From assembly GCA_964658025.1 (NCBI GenBank), contig CAZZXB010000011.1, forward strand, positions 1-37,527: a stretch of DNA of 37,527 bases. Direction: 5' to 3'. Source of the stretch: an uncultured Janthinobacterium sp. (GTDB lineage Bacteria > Vulcanimicrobiota > Vulcanimicrobiia > Vulcanimicrobiales > Vulcanimicrobiaceae). A model generated the notes under the pieces. The model was given only the letters and a program-made list of their open reading frames with translations. It did not search any database and had not been told where the DNA came from. Below, piece after piece: positions 10,495 through 20,287 of this stretch. Position 1 is the stretch's first letter, and every line of letters starts with the position of its first letter. The position numbers were made by a program, and so were the translations under genes.

Positions 10495-10601
10495 CGGATC
10501 GCCGAGACCCGCGTCGTTTGCGATCGGGCCCGAACGGACGGGTTCGCGAGGCGCGGCTTTCTCGGCGACCCGCTAGGAAATCGTCCGCGGCGCGCGACGC
10601 A

Positions 10602-10645
10602 CAATCCACAGCTTGCACAGGACGAGTGGGTAATTTTGTGGATAA
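10602..10645. promoter_or_regulatory. Small DnaA-box cluster (1 perfect, 2 degenerate)
   Basis: TGTGGATAA at 10637-10645 is the reverse complement of TTATCCACA. AGTGGGTAA at 10625-10633 and CAATCCACA at 10602-10610 each have 2 mismatches. Confidence 0.45.
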
Positions 10646-10665
10646 GCCGGGGCTCCGGAGGCGCG

Positions 10666-12633
10666 TCAGTCCTCCTTCGAGGCGTCGCTCTTCGCGCGAG
10701 CTTGGAGTTCCGCGACGATGCTCGAGTCCGCGAGCGTCGTCGTGTCGCCGAGCATGCGGCCCTCGGCGATATCGCGGAGCAGGCGGCGCATGATCTTTCC
10801 GCTCCGCGTTTTCGGGAGTTCGGGCGTGAACGTCAGGTATTTCGGCGTCGTGAACTTACCGAGCTTCGATCCGACGTGGTTCCGGAGTTCGTCCGCGAGT
10901 TCGGGCGAGCCCGGATCGCCGTCGCGGAGCGAGACGAAACAGCAGATGGCCTGACCCGTCGTGTCGTCGGCGCGACCGACGACGGCGGCTTCCGCGACCT
11001 TGTGATGGTCGACGAGCGCGCTCTCGACCTCGGTCGTGGAGATGCGGTGCCCGCTGACGTTCATCACGTCGTCGATACGCCCCATGAACCAATAATCGCC
11101 GTCGGTATCGCGGTTGCATCCGTCGCCCGCGAGGTAGAGGTGCTCGAATTTCGACCAATACGTCTCTTTGAAGCGCTCCGGCTGACCGTAGATTCCGCGG
11201 AGCATCGAGGGCCACGGCTTGCGCAACACGATGTATCCGCCGCCGCCGAGCGGGACGCTCTCGCCCGCCTCGTCGACGATGTCGGCGTAGATCCCGGGAA
11301 ACGGTTTCGTCGCGCTTCCGGGCTTGAGCGTCGTCACGCCCGGCAGGGGCGAGATCATGATCGCGCCCGTTTCGGTCTGCCACCACGTGTCGACGATCGG
11401 GCACCGACCGCCGCCGACGTTCTGGTGATACCAGATCCAGGCTTCGGGATTGATCGGTTCGCCGACGCTCCCGAGCAATCGCAGCGATGAGAGATCGTGC
11501 TTTTCGAGATGCGCGACGCCCCATTTCATGAACGTGCGGATCGCCGTCGGCGCGAGATAGAGGATCGTCGCTTTGTAACGCTCGGCGATCGCCCAGATCC
11601 GGTCCTTGTCGGGAAAATCCGGCGTGCCTTCGTAGAGGATGCTCGTCGCGCCGTTGCAGAGCGCCGCGTAGACGATGTACGAATGTCCGGTCACCCAACC
11701 GATGTCGGCCGCGCACCAGAACACGTCGTCGTCCTTGAGATCGAAAACGAGTTTGTGCGTCGCGGTCACGCCCGTGAGGTAGCCCGCGGTCGTGTGCATG
11801 ATGCCCTTGGGTTTCGCCGTCGTGCCGCTCGTATAGAGTAAGAAGAGGAGGTCTTCCGCATCCATCGGCTCGGGTTCGCACGTGTCGGGTACGTCCGCGA
11901 CGAGATCGTCCCACCATACGTCGCGACCGGCACGCATCTCGACGGGATCGCCGACGCGCTTCGACACGATGCAATGCTCGATCGACGGCGTCTGCTCCAT
12001 CGCGACGTCGCAGTTCGCCTTGAGCGGAACCTTGTTCCCGCGCCGCCAGCCTTGATCGGTCGTGACGAGCGCGACGCATTTCGCATCGTTCACGCGGTCG
12101 ACGATGCTGTCGGGCGAGAAGCCGCCGAAGATGACGCTGTGCGCGGCGCCGACGCGCGCGCACGCGAGCATGGCGACGGGAAGTTCCGGAACCATCGGCA
12201 TGTAGATCGCGACGCGATCGCCTTTCTTTATGCCGAGTTTCCGCAGACCGTTCGCGAAGCGGCAGACGTCGCGCAGCAGATCGCCGTACGTGATCGAGCG
12301 GCGATCGCCCGGCTCGCCTTCGTAGTAATAGGCCACGCGATCGGCGAGTCCGGCGCGCACGTGCCGATCGAGCGCGTTGACCGACGCGTTGAGTTTGCCG
12401 CCGTCGAACCATTTCGCGAAGGGCTCGTTCCATTCCAGGACGCGCTCGTACGGCGTCATCCATTCGAGCTTATCGGCCCACGATTTCCAGAACGCGAGAT
12501 AGTCCGCGTCGGCCTCGGCATAGATCGACGCCTTCGCGATCGCGCTCGCGGCGAATTCGGGCGGCGGCGGAAACGTACGGCCTTCGCGTTGTAGGGCCTC
12601 GATCGTCGCCGTCGCGTTCGCTTCGCCGCTCAT
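10666..12633 (-). CDS. acs: Acetate--CoA ligase (acetyl-CoA synthetase)
   Basis: ATG 12633 after AAAGGAG. LYTSGTTAKPKG, ADIGWVTGHSY, SVGEPINPEAW, DTWWQTETG and PKTRSGKIMRR motifs. Confidence 0.95.
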   Translation of the reverse strand: MSGEANATATIEALQREGRTFPPPPEFAASAIAKASIYAEADADYLAFWKSWADKLEWMTPYERVLEWNEPFAKWFDGGKLNASVNALDRHVRAGLADRVAYYYEGEPGDRRSITYGDLLRDVCRFANGLRKLGIKKGDRVAIYMPMVPELPVAMLACARVGAAHSVIFGGFSPDSIVDRVNDAKCVALVTTDQGWRRGNKVPLKANCDVAMEQTPSIEHCIVSKRVGDPVEMRAGRDVWWDDLVADVPDTCEPEPMDAEDLLFLLYTSGTTAKPKGIMHTTAGYLTGVTATHKLVFDLKDDDVFWCAADIGWVTGHSYIVYAALCNGATSILYEGTPDFPDKDRIWAIAERYKATILYLAPTAIRTFMKWGVAHLEKHDLSSLRLLGSVGEPINPEAWIWYHQNVGGGRCPIVDTWWQTETGAIMISPLPGVTTLKPGSATKPFPGIYADIVDEAGESVPLGGGGYIVLRKPWPSMLRGIYGQPERFKETYWSKFEHLYLAGDGCNRDTDGDYWFMGRIDDVMNVSGHRISTTEVESALVDHHKVAEAAVVGRADDTTGQAICCFVSLRDGDPGSPELADELRNHVGSKLGKFTTPKYLTFTPELPKTRSGKIMRRLLRDIAEGRMLGDTTTLADSSIVAELQARAKSDASKED

Positions 12634-12720
12634 GAATACTCCTTTTGGACGATGATGTTCGTGTGTCGCGCGCCGCACGTGTTCTGCGTTCGGCGTCCTA
12701 CTCCGTCACCGAAAACGACG

Positions 12721-12751
12721 AACGGGCGCGCCCTCGTCGGACGCGCCCGTT
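12721..12751 (-). terminator. Hairpin, putative terminator after the exported-protein gene
   Basis: AACGGGCGCG-N11-CGCGCCCGTT inverted repeat, followed on the minus strand by a short T-rich tract. Confidence 0.5.
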
Positions 12752-12774
12752 TCGTTCGCGGCGATGCGCGAAGG

Positions 12775-13941
12775 TTAGTGGAGGAACTTGTTGAGATCGA
12801 GGTGGACGTCGAGCGCCGTATAGAACTGCGCGAAGTGCACGGAGTTGGGGAACGCGAACACCGAGCCCTGAGCGCCGGTGTGTTCGTTCCAGACGTCCCA
12901 CCATCCGGCGATGAGCGTCGTCTGGGGCAGGAGCGCGAAGTTCGCCGTGGCGTTCACGGCGTTGTAGCGCAGCGGGAACGGAAACTGGTCGTAGAAGTCG
13001 TACGCGCCGTTATATAACGTTCCGGTAACGTAGAACTTCGGGTTCATCGGGACCGTCGCAGAAACGATCTGCGCGGTCGCGTATTGGCGATATTGTTTCT
13101 GTTCCGTGGGGTCCGCGGCGATATCGAGCGCGCTCGGGGCGTGATTCGCCGTCAATCCGCGTTCCGCGAACAGGAAGCTCGTGCCGTTGAGCGCCTTGAT
13201 CTTCGGCGTCGAATATGCGAGCTGGACGTACGCCGCATGCCAGAAGTAGCCGTCCCGGCCCGCGGCGGATTGCCCGGAGTCGGGAGCGTTGAACGTCGCG
13301 GATTCGTAGGCGTGATTGAGGATCGCGGCTTCGAAGCCGATGCCGGTCTTGGCGATCGGTACGTCGAGACGGAACACGTCCATGTGCCGCTTGTGCGTGC
13401 CGACTTCGAGCGATTTGCCGCCGACCGCGATCTTACCGTACGTCGCGTCGAGGAAGCCGCCCGCCACGCGGTCGTACGAGGCCGAGATGCCGGCGTAGAT
13501 CGGGAGCGTGAACGTTCCGCTGAAGTTGAACGATCCGCTCACGTTGCCGGGAAGCACGGCTCCCGGCGTGGTCACGCCGTGCGCGCCGTCGATGTTCGAC
13601 CAATCGGTCTCCGGAATGAGATCGATGATGGGCAGGTGTCCGGCGAGCGGATTGGCGGGGCCGGCCTTTTCCGGCGGTCCGGATTTCGGCGATTGGACGG
13701 GAGCGTTTTCGCTCGCCGGCGTCCCGGCGGGTCCGGGCGTGCCCATGGAACCGGGCGACGCCATGCTGCCGGGCGACATCGCGGGCGCCGGCGACGCCAT
13801 CGTGCCCGGCGACATCTCGGGCGCGGGTGACGCCATCGTCCCCGGCGACATGGCGGGGGCGGGTGATTCTTGTGCGAACGCGACGCCGGTCAGAGCGGCA
13901 AAAAAGCCGATCGAAACGAGCGCCGATCGAAGCTGTGGCAA
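12775..13941 (-). CDS. Exported hypothetical protein with Met/Ser/Pro repeats, possibly an outer-membrane beta-barrel
   Basis: TTG start 13941 after GGAGGT. Signal peptide ending AFA-Q, MSPGTMASPAP repeats, and a C-terminal region with alternating aromatic/hydrophobic strands. Confidence 0.7.
   Translation of the reverse strand: MPQLRSALVSIGFFAALTGVAFAQESPAPAMSPGTMASPAPEMSPGTMASPAPAMSPGSMASPGSMGTPGPAGTPASENAPVQSPKSGPPEKAGPANPLAGHLPIIDLIPETDWSNIDGAHGVTTPGAVLPGNVSGSFNFSGTFTLPIYAGISASYDRVAGGFLDATYGKIAVGGKSLEVGTHKRHMDVFRLDVPIAKTGIGFEAAILNHAYESATFNAPDSGQSAAGRDGYFWHAAYVQLAYSTPKIKALNGTSFLFAERGLTANHAPSALDIAADPTEQKQYRQYATAQIVSATVPMNPKFYVTGTLYNGAYDFYDQFPFPLRYNAVNATANFALLPQTTLIAGWWDVWNEHTGAQGSVFAFPNSVHFAQFYTALDVHLDLNKFLH
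13745..13860 (-). repeat. Coding tandem repeat, 36-nt unit x3 (MSPG[T/S]MASPAP[E/A])
   Basis: GACGCCAT(CG/GC)T(G/C)CC(C/G)GGCGACAT recurs at 36-nt spacing. Confidence 0.8.
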
Positions 13942-14155
13942 ACGGTGTACCTCCAGAACGTCGTGATCCAACCCTCGGCTCGCCAAAGCGATCCACCGAC
14001 GGAATTTTTCTACTATTACACGACTTATGTAGTAATGCAACGTTCATCCGCCTATCGGATGAGGGCGATTCACACGTAATTTTCGAGGATGCGCTACCGT
14101 TCGGAACGGCGCGACCGACGACGTCGCGCATCGCGCGAAGCGTTACGGAAGCGCC

Positions 14156-14791
14156 TCAGAACGTATCCGGCGCCGCGGCGGCGATCGCGTGCGGGTCGCG
14201 CGGCGGCGTCGTGAAGACGCTACCGCGATTTCCCTGCACGCCGACGAGTACGTCGCACGTGGCTTGCGCCGCGACGATCTCGATCGCGCGTCCGAGCGGC
14301 GCGCCCGTGTACTTGCCCTCGCGGTAGGCGCCGAGGACGATGAGGTGCGCGTCGGCGCGCTTCGCGAGTTCCAAGACGCCCGCGGCGACCTGCCGACTGC
14401 GCACGACTTCGGTTTTGATCTCCACGTTGTTCTTGCGCGCGATCGATTCCGCGATCTGCAAGACGCCGAGCGCGTCGCGATGTTCGCGTTCCATCTCGGC
14501 ATCGAGCGGGAGGGTGTGCGGCACTTCCACCACGTACGCCGCGAGCAAACGCGCGCGAGCGCGTCGCGACACGCGCACGGCCATCGACATCATGTGTTCC
14601 GAATGGATCTCCTGCGAGAAGATCACGATGACCGAGCCGATCATCTCGTCGACCGCGCGCTCGGTGTGACTCGCCATCTCGTCGGCCTTCGTCGACGGCG
14701 GATGGAGCATCCAATAGAGCGTCGCCGAGATCGCCGCGAGGACGGAGAGCGCGAGGATCACGCCGACGAGATGGACCTCGATCGCCGCCAT
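14156..14791 (-). CDS. Universal stress protein with an N-terminal transmembrane helix
   Basis: YVVEVP..LPLDA, AHLIVLGA and LGRAIEIVAAQATCDVLV (Usp C-terminal motif). Confidence 0.8.
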   Translation of the reverse strand: MAAIEVHLVGVILALSVLAAISATLYWMLHPPSTKADEMASHTERAVDEMIGSVIVIFSQEIHSEHMMSMAVRVSRRARARLLAAYVVEVPHTLPLDAEMEREHRDALGVLQIAESIARKNNVEIKTEVVRSRQVAAGVLELAKRADAHLIVLGAYREGKYTGAPLGRAIEIVAAQATCDVLVGVQGNRGSVFTTPPRDPHAIAAAAPDTF

Positions 14792-15000
14792 CAGGCGCGC
14801 CGCCGCGCGAGATAGTCGCGGACGCGCAACGCTCCCAGACCCACCATCGCCGCACCGAGCACGGTCCCCGGCATCGCCGAAAGCGAGAGCCCCGCGACCG
14901 CGAGCGTCCGCACGAACACGATCGCTCCGCAGACGATGAAGAACGCGGCGCTCACGAGACGCGCGCGCGCGTAGGCGTCGCTGCGTACGAACCGTCTCAC
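14791..15000 (-). CDS. Small two-TM membrane protein, 69 aa
   Basis: GTG 15000 overlaps the permease stop (GTGA) and its stop overlaps the Usp ATG. Two hydrophobic segments. Confidence 0.65.
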   Translation of the reverse strand: MRRFVRSDAYARARLVSAAFFIVCGAIVFVRTLAVAGLSLSAMPGTVLGAAMVGLGALRVRDYLARRRA

Positions 15001-16634
15001 GTCGCGCTCCCGGCGCGACGTTCGTCCATCCGCTTCACGTTCGCGAGATACTCGTCCATGAGTTCGAGTTCGCCCGCTTCCTGTAGGATGTTGATCTGCG
15101 CCTTGCGCCAATTGTGCGGTTGCGATTTGAGGACCGGGAGACCGCGCCGTTTGCGGTACGCCATGTAGCCGAAGATCCCGAGGATGATCCACGCGGGGCC
15201 GGCGACGCGTCCGATCGCGTGCGTGATCATCGTGAAGACGAGGATCGACACGATGCCGGCGAAGCCGACGACCGCGACGATCGGAAACTCGACGCGATTC
15301 CCCTTATACGTGAACGGAACGTTGAACGGCATCTTGAACTTCCGCGGACTCTGGGAATCGTTCAGGCGAAGCGCGATGAGCGCGATGAAGACGAACGAAT
15401 AACTCGCCGCCGCGCCGAACGCGTAGAGATCGCCGAGGAACGTGATGCCGTCCTCGCCGCGGAAGAGCCGCGAGTAGATGCCGCGCAACTCGGGCCAGAG
15501 GCTCGGGAGCGAGGCGAAAACGAGTTCGAGGATGCCGACGCCGCAGAAGACCGCGATCGAGACGGCGGGCGTCCGGAATTTCGGATGGACCTTTTGGAAG
15601 AAGCTCGGCAGGAGTTGCGTCCCGCTCATCGCGTACGCGATGCGCGAACTCCCGAACACGCCCGAGTTGCTCGAGATCAGCAGTAGGATCGCGCCGAGGA
15701 CCGGCACGTAGAGCGCGGCGAGCGCGCCGAAGTACGGCACGTTCGCCGCGAGCACGGCGACCGCGGCGCCGTTGTTGTCGACGTTGCCGAGATAGTGCCA
15801 GAGCTGTTGGGGATGACCCGCCGCGTCGGGTGGGAGCGCGTGCCACGGGGTCATGCCGAGCGCGAGATTGGAGTACGAGAGCGCGAAGATCAGGATCGTG
15901 AGGATCAGGCTGATCGACGTCCGCGGGATGACCGAGGCCGGGCGCTGCGTCTCTTGCGCCGCCTGCGAGATCGATTCGAGACCGACGAACGAGATGATCG
16001 CGAGCGACACGCCGTTCATCAGCGCGAACGGCGACGGCCACGCGACCCGCATCGTATGGATCAGTAATTGCGGATCGAACGCGAAGAGAAAACCGAAGAA
16101 GAGGATCGAGGTCTCGCTCACGACGTCGAGACCGCTCACGAGTTCGTTGAACGCGCTCGATTCGCGCACGCCGATCACGTTGAGCATCGCGAGCCCGACG
16201 ATGATGCCGAAGACCGTGAGGAAGTGGACCCACGGATGCGTCGTGAAGCCGAGCACGGGGACGAGCTTGCTCAGATAGTCGATGCAACTCCAGGCGAAGA
16301 GCACGATATCGATCGTGAAATCGAGCAACACCGCCCATCCGGCGATGAATCCGAAGATGTCGCCGAGTCCGCGAAAGACGAAGTACTGCCCGCCGCCCGC
16401 GACGGGATACGCGGCCGCGAGTTCCGTGTACGCGAGACCGATACAGACGTACACGATCCCGGCGAACAAAAACGCGACGTTCGACGCACCGGCGGCCGCG
16501 CCGAGGACGAGGCCGAGCCCGACGAAGATGTCGGCTCCGACGTCGGAGTAGCCCCAGGAAAACGAACCCCACGGCGTGACCGAACGCCGAAGCGAGGGCT
16601 CCTCGGCGGCGCTCCCGGCGACGCTAGCGGCCAC
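14997..16634 (-). CDS. APC family amino acid/polyamine permease
   Basis: 545 aa, many TM segments. YTELAAAYPVAGGGQ, FVGLESISQAAQET and SRIAYAMS...VHPKFRTP motifs. Confidence 0.9.
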   Translation of the reverse strand: MAASVAGSAAEEPSLRRSVTPWGSFSWGYSDVGADIFVGLGLVLGAAAGASNVAFLFAGIVYVCIGLAYTELAAAYPVAGGGQYFVFRGLGDIFGFIAGWAVLLDFTIDIVLFAWSCIDYLSKLVPVLGFTTHPWVHFLTVFGIIVGLAMLNVIGVRESSAFNELVSGLDVVSETSILFFGFLFAFDPQLLIHTMRVAWPSPFALMNGVSLAIISFVGLESISQAAQETQRPASVIPRTSISLILTILIFALSYSNLALGMTPWHALPPDAAGHPQQLWHYLGNVDNNGAAVAVLAANVPYFGALAALYVPVLGAILLLISSNSGVFGSSRIAYAMSGTQLLPSFFQKVHPKFRTPAVSIAVFCGVGILELVFASLPSLWPELRGIYSRLFRGEDGITFLGDLYAFGAAASYSFVFIALIALRLNDSQSPRKFKMPFNVPFTYKGNRVEFPIVAVVGFAGIVSILVFTMITHAIGRVAGPAWIILGIFGYMAYRKRRGLPVLKSQPHNWRKAQINILQEAGELELMDEYLANVKRMDERRAGSAT

Positions 16635-16714
16635 GGTTCATACATACGATCACGGCGTCTCGGAGCGTCCCCGAGCGCGGACGCGAAATCCTGCGAGACG
16701 ACGCCGACGCGCGA

Positions 16715-17056
16715 TCAGGCGAAGGCGCCGCGATGGACGACGACGCGTTCGGCGTCGATCGTCACGACGTCGAATCGGACGCGACGCGCGGCCGCGACGA
16801 ATTGGAGATAGTCGGCCGCGGCGGCGCGGAGACGCTTGCGTTTGCGCGCGTCGACGGCTCCGAGCGTCGGTCCGAATCGGCCGCTCCGCCTGGCTTTGAC
16901 CTCGACGAAGACGAGCGTCGCACCGTCGAGCGCGACGATGTCGATCTCGCCGCTCGGACCGCGAAGATTCCGCGCGAGCACGCGATAGCCGAGCGCGTCG
17001 AGATGTTCGGCCGCGCGCGTCTCGCTCGCGCGGCCGAAGGCGCCGGCGTCGCTCAG
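16715..17056 (-). CDS. yraN: YraN family (UPF0102) endonuclease-like protein
   Basis: GRASETRAAEHL, ARNLR..GEIDIVA, VFVEVKAR and RFDVV motifs. Start is uncertain, possibly a CTG overlapping the rnhB stop. Confidence 0.85.
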   Translation of the reverse strand: MSDAGAFGRASETRAAEHLDALGYRVLARNLRGPSGEIDIVALDGATLVFVEVKARRSGRFGPTLGAVDARKRKRLRAAAADYLQFVAAARRVRFDVVTIDAERVVVHRGAFA

Positions 17057-17745
17057 CGTTCCGCGAACAGCGGGATCCGCGCGTCCCTGACCCGTCGGAA
17101 GCCGCGCCGATGGTGTTCGCACGGGCCGTGCTCGTCGAGCGCCGCGATGTGTTGCGGCGTCGCGTAGCCCTTGTGGATCGCGAAACCGTACTGCGGGTGG
17201 TGCCGATCGAGTTCGACGAGCAACGCGTCGCGGTGGACCTTCGCGATGATCGATGCCGCCGCGACGGTCGCGCACTTCGCGTCGCCCTTGACGACCGGGA
17301 GTTGCGGACCGGAAAACGAGGCGATCCGCACGGCGTCGGTGAGGAGGAAGCCCGGTGGAACCGAGAGGTTCGCGATCGCGCGTTCCATCGCGAGCACGCT
17401 CGCCCAGTAGATGTTGAGGCGGTCGATCTCCGCGACCGACGCGAGCCCGATCGACCAGCCGACGCAGCGTTCGCGGATCTGTTCGGCGAGCGCCACGCGG
17501 CGCTCGGCCGGAACGCGTTTGGAGTCGTCGAGTCCGTGGAGCATGATCGGCGTCGCCGTCACGACGCATGCGGCGACGACGGGTCCGGCGAGCGGTCCCC
17601 GACCGACCTCGTCGATCCCGCCGACGAGTTCGTGACCGCTCGCGTGCGCGTCGCGTTCGTAGCGATGGAGGCGTACGAGCCGTCGCCGTTCGCGTTCGCG
17701 CGCGAGCCGACGTCCGCGCGCGGCGGACGATTCGGTCGCGATCAT
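17053..17745 (-). CDS. rnhB: Ribonuclease HII
   Basis: GIDEVGRGPLAGPV, DSK, KGDA...AAASIIAKV.RD and HKGYAT motifs. ATG overlaps the rbgA stop. Confidence 0.95.
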   Translation of the reverse strand: MIATESSAARGRRLARERERRRLVRLHRYERDAHASGHELVGGIDEVGRGPLAGPVVAACVVTATPIMLHGLDDSKRVPAERRVALAEQIRERCVGWSIGLASVAEIDRLNIYWASVLAMERAIANLSVPPGFLLTDAVRIASFSGPQLPVVKGDAKCATVAAASIIAKVHRDALLVELDRHHPQYGFAIHKGYATPQHIAALDEHGPCEHHRRGFRRVRDARIPLFAER

Positions 17746-18542
17746 CGCGGCGGCGCGCTTTCGAGGGTCATCCGTCCGAACCGTCCTTCGTTCCAGTCTT
17801 TGAGATACGCCCAGGCGGCATTGTGCGTGTCGAGTACGGTACCACGGCGGATGAATCCGCGCGATTGCGCGAACGTTACCAAATCGGGGATGTCGCCGAA
17901 AGTCCCAACGCTCGCGGCGTAGCGGTGGAAGCGCGTCACGACGTCCTCGGCATCGAAGCGTGCGCGCGGTACGGCCCCGACCATCGCGAGCTTCCACTGT
18001 TGCTCGTTCGTCTCGATCTTCGGAACCAAGATTCCGGCCGTGTCCATGATCTCGAGCGCGCCGAGGCGGAACCATTGGCGCGCGCGCGTGACGCCCGCAC
18101 GTTCTTCCGCGCGCGCGACCGAGCGCCCGACGATCGCGTTGATCGCGGTCGACTTGCCGGCGTTGGGGATGCCGATGACGATCGCGCGCGCCGTCTTGCG
18201 CGTCCCCGCGAGTTCGGCCAAGCCGTCGCGCAGACGCGCGACCCCCGCGCGATCCTTCGCGTCGATCGCGAACGCCGTGCGACCCTCGGCGCGATAATAC
18301 GCGAGCCACGCGTCCGTCTCGCGCGGGTCGGCGAGATGCGCGCGCGAGAGCACGAGCGCGCGCGGCCGATTCCCCGCGATCCGCGCGAGCGCGGGATTCG
18401 TTCCCGAGTGCGGCACGCGGCCGTCGGCGATCTCGATGACGACGTCGATCGCGCGGATGTCTTCGGCGATGCGACGCATCGCGCGCACCATGTGGCCGGG
18501 ATACCACTGGATCGTCGCTTCGTCGGCGACCGCACGCGTCAC
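17742..18542 (-). CDS. rbgA: Ribosome biogenesis GTPase RbgA/YlqF
   Basis: IQWYPGHM, GIPNAGKST, GVT and DTAGIL motifs. GTG 18542 overlaps the upstream lepB stop. Confidence 0.9.
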   Translation of the reverse strand: MTRAVADEATIQWYPGHMVRAMRRIAEDIRAIDVVIEIADGRVPHSGTNPALARIAGNRPRALVLSRAHLADPRETDAWLAYYRAEGRTAFAIDAKDRAGVARLRDGLAELAGTRKTARAIVIGIPNAGKSTAINAIVGRSVARAEERAGVTRARQWFRLGALEIMDTAGILVPKIETNEQQWKLAMVGAVPRARFDAEDVVTRFHRYAASVGTFGDIPDLVTFAQSRGFIRRGTVLDTHNAAWAYLKDWNEGRFGRMTLESAPPR

Positions 18543-19054
18543 CGCAGGCGCCCCACGCGCGCGAGCGGCCACACGCCGAAGCTCGCGCGACCCGCGACGG
18601 CGTCGAGCGAGACGAATCCCCACGCGCGCGAATCCTCGCTCCGCGCGCGATTGTCGCCGAGCACGTAGAGCTTGCCGGGCGGCACGACGACCTCGGGAAA
18701 GCTCCGTCCGTCGCGAAAGCGTACGTACGGTTCGTCGAGCCGTTTCCCGTCGAGCACGACCGTTCCGCGATCGATCGCGATCCGATCGCCCGCGATCCCG
18801 ATCACGCGTTTGATGTACGTCTCGCGCGTCGCGCCGTCGTGTCGGAACGCGACGATCTCGCCGCGCGCGGGCGCGCCGAAGCGGTACGCGATCGCGTTGA
18901 TGAACACGAGTTCGTCCGAGGCGATGAGCGGCTCCATCGACACGCCGCTCACCTCGCCCGGGCGGAGCGCCGCGACGGCGAGGGCGATCGCTACGAGCGC
19001 CGCGATCTGCCACGCGAGATTCGCCGCCCAACGCAAACGCAATGGCGATTGCAC
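18539..19054 (-). CDS. lepB: Signal peptidase I, short paralog
   Basis: SGVSMEP, YIKRVIG and LGDNRARSEDSR motifs. Confidence 0.88.
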   Translation of the reverse strand: MQSPLRLRWAANLAWQIAALVAIALAVAALRPGEVSGVSMEPLIASDELVFINAIAYRFGAPARGEIVAFRHDGATRETYIKRVIGIAGDRIAIDRGTVVLDGKRLDEPYVRFRDGRSFPEVVVPPGKLYVLGDNRARSEDSRAWGFVSLDAVAGRASFGVWPLARVGRLR

Positions 19055-19112
19055 GCTGGCGTCGTTCGCGAAGCCGCGGACGTCTCCCGTCCCCCACGGC
19101 GTGCGGAGGTCG

Positions 19113-19886
19113 TTAGTGGAGGATCCCGATGCGGTTCGGCGGCCAGAAGAGCAGGAACGCGTGACCCGTGAAACCCGCTTTCTTGCCGGCTTCGGGACCC
19201 GTCGCGAACGTGCCGCCGAGTTGCGCGAAACCCCAGATGTGCGAGTCCTCGGAATTATTACGGTTGTCGCCCATCATGAAGTAACAGCCGGGCGGGATCG
19301 TGTCGGGCGAGGTCCACACGCTCTTCGGCGGGATGTTCGCCATGCCGGGATCGAGCGGCACGCCGTCGACGTAGATGTTGTAGTTCTTGATCTCGAGATC
19401 GTAGGCGGGCTTCTGCGCGGTGTACGGTTCGACGAGCGCCTTCCCGTTACGGTAGACCGTGCCGGCCTTGATGCGGAACGTCTCGCCCGGACTTCCCATC
19501 AAGCGCTTGATGAAATCGTTCGGGGTCGCGATCGGCGGCGGAAACACGACGATGTCCTCGTCGTGCGGTTTGGTGAGGTGATACTCGAACTCGTTGACGA
19601 GCAACACGTCGTGGATCTGCAACGTCGGCTCCATCGAGCCCGACGGAATGAAGAACGTCCGCACGACGAACGTGATGAGGAAGAGCGCGACGAGCCCCGC
19701 CACGATGAACGCGTCGAGGTATTCCTTGACGACGGCGGACAGCGACGAAGGTTCCGTCGTCCGCGGCGCGACCGACGCGTCGCCCGAAGCCGTCGCGAGC
19801 ACGCCGGCCCCACTCGGCCGGAACGACATCGCGAACCGGACGATCGCGAGGACGCAGATGAGGCCGAAGAGCTCGAGCGGGGTCAC
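19113..19886 (-). CDS. lepB: Signal peptidase I
   Basis: IPSGSMEPTL, FIKRLMG and MGDNRNNSEDS motifs. Confidence 0.92.
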   Translation of the reverse strand: MTPLELFGLICVLAIVRFAMSFRPSGAGVLATASGDASVAPRTTEPSSLSAVVKEYLDAFIVAGLVALFLITFVVRTFFIPSGSMEPTLQIHDVLLVNEFEYHLTKPHDEDIVVFPPPIATPNDFIKRLMGSPGETFRIKAGTVYRNGKALVEPYTAQKPAYDLEIKNYNIYVDGVPLDPGMANIPPKSVWTSPDTIPPGCYFMMGDNRNNSEDSHIWGFAQLGGTFATGPEAGKKAGFTGHAFLLFWPPNRIGILH

Positions 19887-19888
19887 GG

Positions 19889-20242
19889 CTACGCGCGAAC
19901 CGCTTTTTTCTCTTTGATTCGCGCGGCCTTACCGATCTTGTCCGAGAGATAATAGAGGCGGCTGCGACGGACGATGCCGCGCTTGCTCACTTCGATCTTC
20001 TCGACGCGGGGGCTGTGCAGGAGGAACGATTTGTCGACGCCGACGCCGTGGGAGATGCGACGGACGGTGATCGTCTCGCCGATCTGACCGCCGCGACGGA
20101 CGGTCACGACGCCTTCGAACATCTGGGTCCGCTCTTTGCCGCCCTCGACGACCTTCGAATAGACCTTGACGGTATCGCCCGGTCTGAATTCCGGCACGCC
20201 GGATTTGAGCTGTTCTTGTTCGAGCAGATCGATGACGTTCAT
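19889..20242 (-). CDS. rplS: 50S ribosomal protein L19
   Basis: [23 protein letters not shown] and VRRSRLYYL motifs. Confidence 0.97.
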   Translation of the reverse strand: MNVIDLLEQEQLKSGVPEFRPGDTVKVYSKVVEGGKERTQMFEGVVTVRRGGQIGETITVRRISHGVGVDKSFLLHSPRVEKIEVSKRGIVRRSRLYYLSDKIGKAARIKEKKAVRA

Positions 20243-20287
20243 GGCTTCCTTCGCAAACCGTGGTTCCGGCGTCCGGACAACCCCGCG

